Shown one piece after another: positions 19,089 through 28,762 of a stretch of DNA of 64,000 nucleotides (its first letter is position 1; each line of letters opens with the position of its first letter). Below the pieces are notes generated by a model that worked only from the letters and a program-made list of their open reading frames with translations, made no database searches and was not told the DNA's origin. The position numbers and the translations under genes are program-made. Origin of the DNA: Spirochaetaceae bacterium (lineage in GTDB: Bacteria > Spirochaetota > Spirochaetia > DSM-2461); the NCBI GenBank assembly GCA_965232165.1, contig CBDDOY010000002.1, positions 479,478 to 543,477 of the forward strand, in the 5' to 3' direction.

Positions 19089-20333
19089 TCATATTGTATA
19101 TTCATTACTCAGGTCTTTGCCACAAGTTTTTTTTCTGATGCGTGCTGTCTCAGCGATTATAAGAAGGCCGCAGAGGATGGCTGCAAGCCGAAGCATCCAG
19201 GGAGTATCGAGAGACAGTTTTGAAGCAAGCAGGCCGCCTGTTATATAGCTGACAGGGAGGACTGCTGTAGCCGCTGCTTCAAGAAAGCCCTGCCGTGCGG
19301 CCGCCGAATTGGGCGGGCCATGAATAAATACCTGATGAACAGTAACAAGATGAATCCAGCCCAGAGAGACTCCGGAGATTATTAAGAGGATACAGGGCAG
19401 CAGGAAATCAAGGCCGACGGGGCTGGAAAAGCTCAGTTTCCCCGCAAAGAAGTAGACTATACAGGCTATTCCGGCAGCGGCAATAGTTGTCCTTGAGCTT
19501 GCTCTTGCGGCAAGTCCCGAAATCCCCATAATGAATCCGATTAAAATACTTCCACCCATCAATGCAGCGAGCCCGTAACCGATATACCTGGATTCAAATC
19601 CCAGTCTTCTGGTAATAAAAAAGGGCAGGTTCAGGATTATCAGACTGTTGATTGCCTGCATTCCGATGTATAAGAGAACAGGTGCATTTTTTTTGTTAAG
19701 ATCCTTGAATTCGCCGATGACTGATGAAAGGCTGATTCTTTTATGTGTTATTTTTTTATCAGTTTTCAGGCGCCGTGCTTCTGTTTCGGTCAGAAATAGT
19801 TCGGAGATACCGCTTGTCAGGAAGCACAGGCTGTTAATAAACAGTATGGAAACAAGCCCCAGAACAGGATGAAGCAATGCGCCCAGGCTCTGCCCTGCAA
19901 GGCTCGCAAGATGACCGCTTCCGGTCCGAAGACTGAGGAGATCGGCCTTTGTTTTTTTCTGATCGAGAATGAAACTTATGACAGCCGGTGAGAAATGCGC
20001 CTGCATTACAGCATTCATGAAAACCATCGGCAGAATCACAGCAAGAGGATGAATGCCTGCTGTCCCTGAAAGGAGCAGGGCTCCGGCTGCAAGGAACAAA
20101 CTTCTTATAAGGTCGGTTCCTGCAATAAGGGGCGGACGACGGCTTCTGTCAGCCCGTTTGCCGCCTTCAAGGCTGAAAAGGATCACCGGCAGGTAGACCG
20201 CCGCCTGAATTAACCCGATATATAAGGGATCAGGATAGGTATCCGAAACAAATATTATCAAGGCAACCACATACATACTGTTCCCGAGACTTGTAAGCAT
20301 ATTGCCCATGATGATCAGGACTGCGTTCATCAC
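19089..20333 (-). CDS. MFS transporter
   Basis: About 12 hydrophobic segments, motif A-like GGKRADRSRR, DLIRS. Confidence 0.8.
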   Translation of the reverse strand: MMNAVLIIMGNMLTSLGNSMYVVALIIFVSDTYPDPLYIGLIQAAVYLPVILFSLEGGKRADRSRRPPLIAGTDLIRSLFLAAGALLLSGTAGIHPLAVILPMVFMNAVMQAHFSPAVISFILDQKKTKADLLSLRTGSGHLASLAGQSLGALLHPVLGLVSILFINSLCFLTSGISELFLTETEARRLKTDKKITHKRISLSSVIGEFKDLNKKNAPVLLYIGMQAINSLIILNLPFFITRRLGFESRYIGYGLAALMGGSILIGFIMGISGLAARASSRTTIAAAGIACIVYFFAGKLSFSSPVGLDFLLPCILLIISGVSLGWIHLVTVHQVFIHGPPNSAAARQGFLEAAATAVLPVSYITGGLLASKLSLDTPWMLRLAAILCGLLIIAETARIRKKTCGKDLSNEYTI

Positions 20334-21976
20334 CTGGACTCCTCATCTGTATCCGGCGACAAGAGACTCATTATCAATCTGGGTATTTCCGCCATCTCAG
20401 GGATTCCATCGTAGCCGGAGGGCAGATCGGGGGGCTGGAGGCCATGGCTGAGCACCCATGATTCGGGGAATATCAGCGGGTTTTCCGCCGGTGCGATTAT
20501 ATGAAATGGAACAGGATAGCCCGGGTTCGGACCGCTCACAGGCTTTCTCGGCTGGTGATCTCCAATGATTACCATAAACTCCTGAGCCGAGAGAACCTCG
20601 GTAAGATACCTCACGGTAGTTTCAAGGCTGTAGGAAATTCCTTCCAGGTAGCCTTCAGCCAGCTCGTTGCCATAAAGCCAGTTGTTCTCAAAAAATTTCA
20701 GATAGCCATCTTCATATTCTTTTCCACTCCGGCTGAAATCCCAGTCTGGCTTAAACATGGGAATTCTCACGAAGGGGGTATGCGAACTGACCAGTAAATA
20801 AAATGCAAAATCATTTCGATTATCCTGAAGATAATTCTTAGAGAATACACTGAAAGCAAACTGATCAGTCAGGGTTCCAAATGCAACATTCGGACCCTCA
20901 TAACCGAAGTCATGTCTGATGATATAGTTTTCAAAGGGATATGCAATCTTCCATTCTTCCGATGCATCAGTGGTTCCCGGGGCAACATAATGCCGGCAGT
21001 AGCCTGCGTCGCCCATCAGTTCTAGAAGCTCAGCGGGGGAGCCTTCTGCTATCCTTTCATCGAACATCTGCTGGTTTACTATATGTACGCCTGTAAGCAG
21101 GGTGGCATCTGCAAGCCAGCTCCTGCCGCCGAAGGCTGGAGAAAGGACAAAACCGGTTCTTGTTGTCCAGCCGTCATCCTGCAGCAGGGGTTCAAGCCTG
21201 CTGTAGATATTCTCAATGGTTTCAATATATTCGGGCCTCTGGAAAAGTGTTGCGCCATAGGACTCCACCACGACAATATGCACATCCATGTCCTTTATAC
21301 CGGGAAATTTCCAGCTAATCCCGGGCTCAGCAGGTTCAGGAGCAACAGGCTTGTCGTAAGTCTCCGGTATATCCTCAATCTTTGCTCTGCCGTTCTCCGG
21401 GGCTGAGATATCTTTTGCAATCTGGATGATTGGAGAGTGATCCGGAAATATAAATATCAGTCCCAGTGCAATAGTTATGGTCGAAAAAAGTATGGGAAAT
21501 CGAATAGAAGTCGGATTTAGTTTCAGAAAAATTTTTGCTGGGATCAAAATGATCCAGGCAAGTGCCGTAATCAGACCAACTGTAAATATGACTGATAATA
21601 CCCGTATAAGGTATGGTGATAAAATGCCTTCAGGGGTCAACATGACGAACAGACCGGGAATGAGCGGAACATCTTTTAAAAGATGAAAATTCTCCATATA
21701 GAAAAAGCGGTAAAAAATCTCACCCATGTTGTATAAAAGCAGAGTTCCGGAAAATATCAGACATATCAGATATCTAATCCTTTGCAGTCTTCCGGGAAGA
21801 AGCAGTAATGCTATAAAAAATATCTCTCCGGCGGGGAGCAGGAACCGCAATGGAGCAGAACTTTCTATTGTGGGAAGCAGTCTGTAGGAAAAAAATACCG
21901 CCTGAAAAAAAATCAATAACAGGACCGACCTGTATAGTTTAACGGAGCTTCGCATAAATATCTCCGCTTCGGGCAC
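20330..21976 (-). CDS. Membrane-anchored alkaline-phosphatase/sulfatase-superfamily protein (LTA-synthase-like architecture)
   Basis: About 5 N-terminal TM helices, then VVVESYG, SPAFGGRSWLADATLLTG and IGDHQP motifs. Confidence 0.75.
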   Translation of the reverse strand: MPEAEIFMRSSVKLYRSVLLLIFFQAVFFSYRLLPTIESSAPLRFLLPAGEIFFIALLLLPGRLQRIRYLICLIFSGTLLLYNMGEIFYRFFYMENFHLLKDVPLIPGLFVMLTPEGILSPYLIRVLSVIFTVGLITALAWIILIPAKIFLKLNPTSIRFPILFSTITIALGLIFIFPDHSPIIQIAKDISAPENGRAKIEDIPETYDKPVAPEPAEPGISWKFPGIKDMDVHIVVVESYGATLFQRPEYIETIENIYSRLEPLLQDDGWTTRTGFVLSPAFGGRSWLADATLLTGVHIVNQQMFDERIAEGSPAELLELMGDAGYCRHYVAPGTTDASEEWKIAYPFENYIIRHDFGYEGPNVAFGTLTDQFAFSVFSKNYLQDNRNDFAFYLLVSSHTPFVRIPMFKPDWDFSRSGKEYEDGYLKFFENNWLYGNELAEGYLEGISYSLETTVRYLTEVLSAQEFMVIIGDHQPRKPVSGPNPGYPVPFHIIAPAENPLIFPESWVLSHGLQPPDLPSGYDGIPEMAEIPRLIMSLLSPDTDEESR

Positions 21977-23456
21977 TCTTTGGATAAGAGTAAATAAACT
22001 TCATTATTTCTACGTTTGACTGCCATTTCCGGAAGTGCAGTTTCATCGATTCTCCTCTTGAGAAATTGAAGGAATAATGCCCCAGCCGACTGATTTCTTT
22101 CAGACATTTAACAGCCCTCTGCGGCTGCTCTGGAAGGAATTCAAAACTGATATTTTTAACGGCTGTTGACAATCCCTGAAGAACATGGTGCTCGAAACCT
22201 TCAGTATCAATTTTAATAAACTGCGGAACTCCATATATTCCTATTGCAGTATCGAGGGATATCATTTTGATATCCAATTTCTCCGGCCATCTGACCCTTT
22301 TAAATGCGCCGTTCTTCCCAATCTCACTAACCCAGCCGCTGTCTACACTTGTCAGGGTGGGGTTTTCAGGAGAGATGAGAAGTTCTGTGCTGTTATCTCT
22401 ATCACCTAGTGAACAGAAGTTCAGGGAAACATTTTGGTTGTCCCCGAACCAGCTTGTCAGCAGTGCAGCGCAAACCGGCTGAGGTTCAAAGGCTGCTGCC
22501 CTGGCTCCTAAATCAAGAAATGTTCTGGTCCGGTTCCCAAGATGGGCTCCCACATCGAAGGCAATAGATCCCGCGGCGACAAATTTTTTGTAGAAATTTT
22601 TCATCCGGAACCTTCTGAATGGAATCGCATAGTAAATGAAATATGATGTTAAAATTCCTTTTCTATAACTACGGGGAACGAGGCTGCTGACAGTTCTTAT
22701 GCGAAAGTATCCTTCGACAATGAAACTGATCATAATCAGATAACTGACCATCGGGATCAGGATTCTGGTCTGGAGTATAAAAAAATATTGATAAAACTGA
22801 CTGCCTGGAATAAGCAGTGCCGAGGCCCAGATAAATCCCAGAAGAAACTGGAAGGCCGCGGCCGCAGTTTTTGAATACCAGAAATACCAAAGCGGAATTT
22901 CAGGCGTGACTGGAAACAGGAGATATACCGGACCGAATACATAACGCGCAATGGCCGGGAGGATGAGAATCAGGGGCATCTCTGTGAATGAAAATAGAAA
23001 TATGCAGTTTAGCAATATAATCAGCGCATCAGACTCTGCATCGAACCATCCTCCCCATTTTGCTGAAGGCGGTTTTTCTGCTTCGTGGCGGTCCAGCCAT
23101 CCATCAAGCAAATCTGCGGCGAATCCGATCATAATTAACTCAGCCGAAATTATTGCGTATATTCTGATTCCATATCTTTTTGAGTACAGGGCCATACCTA
23201 ATCCGGCGAGCATGAGTACGGCTCTTGAGAGGGTGGCTATATTCGCGGGTCTTTTAAAGAAAGTCATCAAATCTATACTGGAGTCTTTTAGGGCAATCTT
23301 TAAACCTATGATGACTGCCGGTAAATACAATAGCAGGCCCGCGGCAAGAAAAATGCCGGTGCTGCTGTTCAGTCTGAAAAAAATAAGGGTGTAGAGGACG
23401 GCCGCCAATGATGTAAACGGCAGCCAGTTAGTAAAAACCCTATTGAAGACATACAT
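21939..23456 (-). CDS. CDP-alcohol phosphatidyltransferase-family domain fused to an FkbM-family methyltransferase
   Basis: DLLDGWLDR...GGWFDAESD (CDP-OH motif) in the TM N-half. FDVGAHLG, AFEPQP and IKIDTEGFE in the C-half. Confidence 0.85.
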   Translation of the reverse strand: MYVFNRVFTNWLPFTSLAAVLYTLIFFRLNSSTGIFLAAGLLLYLPAVIIGLKIALKDSSIDLMTFFKRPANIATLSRAVLMLAGLGMALYSKRYGIRIYAIISAELIMIGFAADLLDGWLDRHEAEKPPSAKWGGWFDAESDALIILLNCIFLFSFTEMPLILILPAIARYVFGPVYLLFPVTPEIPLWYFWYSKTAAAAFQFLLGFIWASALLIPGSQFYQYFFILQTRILIPMVSYLIMISFIVEGYFRIRTVSSLVPRSYRKGILTSYFIYYAIPFRRFRMKNFYKKFVAAGSIAFDVGAHLGNRTRTFLDLGARAAAFEPQPVCAALLTSWFGDNQNVSLNFCSLGDRDNSTELLISPENPTLTSVDSGWVSEIGKNGAFKRVRWPEKLDIKMISLDTAIGIYGVPQFIKIDTEGFEHHVLQGLSTAVKNISFEFLPEQPQRAVKCLKEISRLGHYSFNFSRGESMKLHFRKWQSNVEIMKFIYSYPKSARSGDIYAKLR

Positions 23457-24260
23457 CTGTGAAATTATAGAGGAAAAACAAGTAAACTGTCCAATTATTT
23501 TTTTTGATACGGCTGATTTGGTGAATTATGATATTGACTGTCTACTCTGATGGGAGTAGAAGAAGTCCCATGAAACCATGTATGCGGCTTCATAACCACA
23601 TTGAAAAACAACCATCAACATGGGAGAAGAGCAGGGTATCTCCAAGACAGAAAAGGGAACCGCTTCAACAGGAAAGAACGACTCATTCTGGAAAGAATGA
23701 ACAGGCAAAAAGCAAAGGGAGCTTCTAAAAGATACGCCAGGCTCTTGACTCGATATTTCCTACTAAATTCATGGTAAAATAAAAGCATGGAAAGGCATGG
23801 AACCGGACGGCTTCGCTGTCGGCTAGCTTGGCTGTTTTACAAACAGAATAAATCTTTGTTAAATAAAAGAAGTACCAATACATAATAAAAATATGAACCA
23901 AAGAATCCTGCTCTCAAAATTTTGGATATTTGTGACTTTGAATTATCTGTATTGTGATCCCATGGGTGTAAAGGATGCAAATCGGATAAAACAATGCTTA
24001 ACGGGTGCTGTTCAAGGGATGGAAATGAATGAAGGCTTCCTTTTATAGAACAAAGCCGGATATTGCTTGCGCAATCTCCGCGCCAGCTCCGTAAACCCCA
24101 ACGATTTCATACCGCCATCCGTTGACAACAAATCTCTTCGCCAGATTTGCATTAGCGGCTTCTTCGACAACCTGACAGAATTGTCATTTAAGTACCCCAA
24201 GATTCTTCTGGAGGCTCGCCCTCTTTTTTGTTACATTGTGCTCAAAGGAGAAAAGTCAAT

Positions 24261-24965
24261 ATGTCAAATACCAGATTTGTTGCAGCCGGATCCCCGGCCC
24301 TTAGCCGAACCTTGATGAAAAATGTCTATCTCTGGATGACTGCCGGATTAGCATTGACGGCGGCGGTGGCCTGGTGGACGGCGACATCCCCCTCAGTCCT
24401 CAGATTTCTGTTCGGCAGTGGGCCGTATTTGTTTTTCGGGCTCATTATCGGCGAGTTCATTCTTGTTTTTTCGCTATCCCGCAGAATCATGCATATGAGT
24501 ATCAGGGCCGCCCTCGGCGGATTCGCTGCCTATTCAATACTCAACGGTCTAACCATCTCCCTAGTGTTTTTGAGATACACCGAAATGGAGGTTTTCCAGG
24601 CATTCGTCAGTGCAGCCGCAATGTTCGGAGCCATGAGCCTATGGGCGGTTACCACAAAGAAAGACCTTAGCGGGTGGGGCCATTATCTGTTTATGGGAAT
24701 CATAGGGCTGCTCATTGCCTCCCTCGTCGGCATTTTTATTGGGGGTACTTTCTATCACGTTTTGTTTTCCGTTGCCGGTGTGATATTGTTCACGCTTCTT
24801 ACCGCCTATGACACCCAGATGATAAAAAGAATGAGTGACGGGGCTGGAGCCTCCATCGGGGAAGATGATTTCATCCGGCTTTCCATTCTCGGGGCGCTGA
24901 AACTGTATTTGGATTTCATAAACATGTTCCTCTTCCTTCTGCATCTCTTCGGCCATCGGCAATAG
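24261..24965 (+). CDS. Bax inhibitor-1/YccA family membrane protein
   Basis: RBS AGGAG, seven TM segments, LTAYDTQMIK, ALKLYLDFINMFLFLL. Confidence 0.92.
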   Translation: MSNTRFVAAGSPALSRTLMKNVYLWMTAGLALTAAVAWWTATSPSVLRFLFGSGPYLFFGLIIGEFILVFSLSRRIMHMSIRAALGGFAAYSILNGLTISLVFLRYTEMEVFQAFVSAAAMFGAMSLWAVTTKKDLSGWGHYLFMGIIGLLIASLVGIFIGGTFYHVLFSVAGVILFTLLTAYDTQMIKRMSDGAGASIGEDDFIRLSILGALKLYLDFINMFLFLLHLFGHRQ

Positions 24966-24989
24966 CCTCAGCGGAAGAGTTCAATCCTT

Positions 24990-26381
24990 ATGCGGCATAG
25001 AGGATTCATCGCAGCGGGCACCCATTCAGGATGCGGGAAAACCACCCTGACTATGGGATTGATTGCCGCCCTGCGGGACCGTGGACTTCGCGTTCAGCCC
25101 TTCAAGAGTGGACCGGATTACATTGATTCGGGGTTTCTCACCTTAGCCGCAGGGCGGCCCTGCAGAAACCTTGACACAAGGATGCTGGATGATGCCATGG
25201 TGAGAGAACTTTATCGCCGTCAGGCCGAAAAAGCCGATATATGCATCGTCGAGGGTGTGATGGGCCTTTTCGACGGTGCAGGTGCCGATGACGAACGGGG
25301 GAGTGCGGCGCATCTGTCCAAGGTGCTTGGCCTTCCCGTCATCCTGATTCTTGATGCTCGGGGCATGGGAAGATCTGTGGCGGCCTTAGCAGGCGGATTC
25401 GCCGATTTCGATCCAGATATCCATGTCGCCGGTTGTCTGCTGAACATGATTGGGTCAGATAGACATGCCGCATTGCTCACCCGCTCGCTGGAATCGAATA
25501 CCGGTTTATCCGTCCTAGGCTGCATAAGGAGAGATGAGCGATATAAACGCCCGCAGCGGCATCTCGGACTCGTACCGGCATGGGAGGAGGATGGAGCCAA
25601 ACGGGGGATGGATGATGTTATGGCGGGAGTGAATAATGCCGTTAAACTGGATGACCTTATCTTACAGGCCGAGAAAACAATACCTCTTCCTGAGGAAGCA
25701 GGCAGGCTGTGCAGTGTTTCTTCACGAGACCGTGACCATAAGCCGGTGATCGCCCTGGCCCGTGATAATGCATTTTGCTTCTATTATCAGGATAATCTTG
25801 ACCTATTGGAGGCCTATGGGGCCCGTTTGGCGGAGTTTAGCCCTCTCTCTGATGAAGAACTGCCGCATAATACGGCAGGAATCTGGCTTGGCGGCGGATA
25901 TCCTGAGCTACATGCCAAACTGCTGTCTGAGAACATATCGCTCATCAAACGGTTACGCGATGCTGCGGCGGATAATATGCCGATTTTCGGAGAATGCGGC
26001 GGATACATGTACCTCTCACAGGCCATTATCGACAGGCAGGGTCGCCGCCATTCCATGGCGGGAATACTGCCGGGCACCGCTGTCATGGGGGACAGACTTG
26101 CCTCATTGGGCTATTGTACCGCGACTATCGCCTCTGCATCAGTCTTCGGACCCGCAGGAGTCAGCTTTGAGGGGCATGTTTTTCATTGGGCCATGATGAG
26201 GGAACTGCCTGCAGATTCCCAACCCATGTTCCGGGTATGCAAAGACGGTGTCGAACAGGGCGTCGGCGCCGTACGGGGCAATAGCGTTGGAAGTTGGCTG
26301 CATGTCCATTTTGCATCCAATCCCGAAGCACTGGGAAGCTTTGTCGCATCGGCCGCAAAATGGAAGGAGGAGAACCGTTGA
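24990..26381 (+). CDS. cbiA: Cobyrinate a,c-diamide synthase
   Basis: SGCGKTT, FKSGPDYID, EGVMGLFDG, GECGGYMYL (GATase). Confidence 0.95.
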   Translation: MRHRGFIAAGTHSGCGKTTLTMGLIAALRDRGLRVQPFKSGPDYIDSGFLTLAAGRPCRNLDTRMLDDAMVRELYRRQAEKADICIVEGVMGLFDGAGADDERGSAAHLSKVLGLPVILILDARGMGRSVAALAGGFADFDPDIHVAGCLLNMIGSDRHAALLTRSLESNTGLSVLGCIRRDERYKRPQRHLGLVPAWEEDGAKRGMDDVMAGVNNAVKLDDLILQAEKTIPLPEEAGRLCSVSSRDRDHKPVIALARDNAFCFYYQDNLDLLEAYGARLAEFSPLSDEELPHNTAGIWLGGGYPELHAKLLSENISLIKRLRDAAADNMPIFGECGGYMYLSQAIIDRQGRRHSMAGILPGTAVMGDRLASLGYCTATIASASVFGPAGVSFEGHVFHWAMMRELPADSQPMFRVCKDGVEQGVGAVRGNSVGSWLHVHFASNPEALGSFVASAAKWKEENR

Positions 26382-27016
26382 GGACACCGGGAATCCGTCA
26401 GTATCTGGAGCCAAAGGAAATCTATCGCCGGAGCTATGCCGAAATCGCTAAGGAATTCGGCGATTATACGGGACCGGCCGATGAAATGCTTATTCGCACC
26501 CGGATAGCTCATGCCATGGCCGACGTAGAATTGGCCAAGACCTTCGTTCTTCATCCCAAAGCCGTAAGTTCCGGTGTTTCGGCCCTGAGTTCGGGAGCCA
26601 ACATCGTCACCGATGTCACCATGGTAGAAGCGGGCATCAAGTCCCGCCTTCCGGAGGACTATGGCGGCCGATTGTCCTGTTTCCTTAACCACGCCGGTGT
26701 TGCCGAGGAAGCCAAGCGGGTCGGCGGAACCAAGTCGGCCGTCGCCTTGGCTCTCGGTATCGGAGAGTTTGACGGCGGCATAGTGGCCATCGGGAATGCA
26801 CCTACCGCCCTGTTCGAGTTGATTGACCTCATTGGCGAGGGCAGGGCAAGTCCCGCCCTGGTCGTAGGTGTTCCGGTAGGATTTGTAGGCGCAGCAGAAT
26901 CGAAACTGGAACTCATGGAATTGGATGTTCCATATATAAGCAATCCTGATCGCCGAGGCGGGAGTCCCCTGGCGGCGGCCATCGTAAATGGCCTGCTGCA
27001 CCTAGCCTTCGCATGA
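26378..27016 (+). CDS. cbiC: Cobalt-precorrin-8 methylmutase
   Basis: AIGNAPTALFEL, GVPVGFVGAAESK, RRGGSPLAAAIVN. TTG start overlaps the cbiA stop. Confidence 0.93.
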   Translation: MRTPGIRQYLEPKEIYRRSYAEIAKEFGDYTGPADEMLIRTRIAHAMADVELAKTFVLHPKAVSSGVSALSSGANIVTDVTMVEAGIKSRLPEDYGGRLSCFLNHAGVAEEAKRVGGTKSAVALALGIGEFDGGIVAIGNAPTALFELIDLIGEGRASPALVVGVPVGFVGAAESKLELMELDVPYISNPDRRGGSPLAAAIVNGLLHLAFA

Positions 27017-28125
27017 CTTCGGATTCCACAGACTATCGAAGGGTTCTGGGAAGTGTAGAAGGGATGCGCCGGGGCTTCACAACGGGAACCTGTGCTCAGG
27101 CGGCATCTCTTGCAGCGGCAAAGATGCTCATCGACGGGAAAACACTGACCGAGGTGACGATTAGCCTCAAGGACAGCCGCCGCCTCACCATACCCGTCGT
27201 CAATGCCCGCATCGGCCCGGAACATGCTGAATGCGGTGTTATTAAGGATGCAGGCGACGATGAGGATGTGACAGACGGTGTCGAAGTGCATGCCGCTGTC
27301 AGATACATTGAACAGCCGGGTGTGACTATATTGGGCGGACAGGGAATAGGCCAGGTAACGAAGCAGGGCCTCCCCGTAGCGCCGGGAGAGGCGGCGATCA
27401 ATCCAAACCCTCGGAAACAGATAATCAGGGAGCTGACCTCCCTCAAACAGGCCGGCAGAGGGTTTCAAGTGTTCCTTACCGTGCCTGAGGGAGAAAGGCT
27501 GGCAAAGAGCACCTGGAATCCACGGCTCGGAATTGAAGGGGGCATCAGCATAATCGGAACCACCGGTGTGGTGGAGCCGAAATCCTCGGCTGCCTTCAAG
27601 GCATCCATCGCCCTCAATCTCAACATCCTTAGAAAGAGTGATCTGAAAACTGCGGCACTGGCCTTTGGCTATGTGGGTGAGAATTGGTACAGACATCGAC
27701 ATGGCTGGGGTCAAGATATGGTGGTTAAATTCGCCGACCATTTTGGATATACCCTGGATATGGCCGCTTCCAAGGGTTTTACCAGGATAGTACTGGCCGG
27801 TCATGTCGGTAAGATGGTCAAGGTGGCGGCTGGTTTGTTTGACACGCATTGGACCAGCGGTGATGCCAGGCTGGAAACGGTGGCGGCCTGGGCCGGAGCT
27901 GCCGGTGCCGATAGGGCTGTGATAAAGGAACTCCTGACTCAAGACTCGGCAGAGGCCGCCGTTGCCATCCTGGATCGGAACGGACTCAATGAAACCTGGG
28001 AACTGATAAATAATCGGCTTCTGGAACGCTGCCGTCTCCGATTAGAACGGGGCGGTTCTGATGCGGTTTTTGAATCGGTGCTGTTGAATCTTGAAGGGAG
28101 AGAACTGGCCCATGAAAAAATTTAA
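27013..28125 (+). CDS. cbiD: Cobalt-precorrin-5B C1-methyltransferase
   Basis: RRGFTTGTCA, IKDAGDDEDVTDG, NPRLGIEGGISIIGTTGVV, KVAAG.FDTH. Confidence 0.95.
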   Translation: MTSDSTDYRRVLGSVEGMRRGFTTGTCAQAASLAAAKMLIDGKTLTEVTISLKDSRRLTIPVVNARIGPEHAECGVIKDAGDDEDVTDGVEVHAAVRYIEQPGVTILGGQGIGQVTKQGLPVAPGEAAINPNPRKQIIRELTSLKQAGRGFQVFLTVPEGERLAKSTWNPRLGIEGGISIIGTTGVVEPKSSAAFKASIALNLNILRKSDLKTAALAFGYVGENWYRHRHGWGQDMVVKFADHFGYTLDMAASKGFTRIVLAGHVGKMVKVAAGLFDTHWTSGDARLETVAAWAGAAGADRAVIKELLTQDSAEAAVAILDRNGLNETWELINNRLLERCRLRLERGGSDAVFESVLLNLEGRELAHEKI

Positions 28126-28762
28126 GATTGTCGGCATGGGGCCAGGAGGCCGGGATTACATCATTCCGGCCGCGTTACAGGCAATACATGAGGCCCAAAT
28201 CCTCATAGGAGCGCCCCGGCACCTCAACGCTGCGGCGCAGTATTCTCAGGGCGAAGATAAGAAGACCTTCACCTATAAGGCCAATCTCGATGCCCTCATA
28301 TCCTTCATCCGGGCTAACAGAGATAGACGCATCGCCCTGCTGGTCAGCGGTGATCCGGGTTTCCACAGCCTGTTGGGGCATGTCGTTAGAAATTTCCAGG
28401 CGGAGGAATACAGCGTCATTCCCGGAATCAGCAGTTTTCAAACGGCCATGGCCAGATTGGGTGTGCCCTGGCAAGAGGATTTAACCATTAGCTGTCACGG
28501 GAAACCCTTCCGTGAGATACGACATAGGGTTCTGAAAACCCTTAAAGAAGGCCGACGTGTCATCCTCCTCACCGATTCAAAGAACAGTCCCCGCATCATC
28601 GCCGCCGAGCTATTGGACTTGGACATAGGTGACCGCAGGGTATGGCTGGGTGTGAGCCTTACCCTCCCCGACGAAGAGATGGCGGAAACAACACTTCAGG
28701 CGCTGGCCTGGGGGGAGAATGCGGAGGAATCACCCCGACTATGTGTGATGGTCGTGCAATGA
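28112..28762 (+). CDS. cbiE: Cobalt-precorrin-7 C5-methyltransferase (stand-alone, no CbiT fusion)
   Basis: IVGMGPG, VSGDPGFHS, IPGISSFQ, SCHG. Confidence 0.9.
   Translation: MKKFKIVGMGPGGRDYIIPAALQAIHEAQILIGAPRHLNAAAQYSQGEDKKTFTYKANLDALISFIRANRDRRIALLVSGDPGFHSLLGHVVRNFQAEEYSVIPGISSFQTAMARLGVPWQEDLTISCHGKPFREIRHRVLKTLKEGRRVILLTDSKNSPRIIAAELLDLDIGDRRVWLGVSLTLPDEEMAETTLQALAWGENAEESPRLCVMVVQ

Noticed and set aside
23806-23815. GGACGGCTTC 10-mer identical to the array anchor
   Set aside because: A single 10-bp match with no flanking similarity is compatible with chance.
24012-24200. 62-aa minus ORF with faint resemblance to a transposase C-terminal HTH (FTELARRL)
   Set aside because: Too short and too weak to support a call.
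23700-24990. Cobalamin riboswitch upstream of cbiA
   Set aside because: No B12-box or GGGAA/GCCACTG motifs were found upstream of cbiA or yccA.
26659-27942. 427-aa minus-strand ORF (and similar long shadows at 42767-43480, 30203-30967)
   Set aside because: They are antisense to well-supported cbi/btu genes in GC-rich DNA and have no recognisable motifs.
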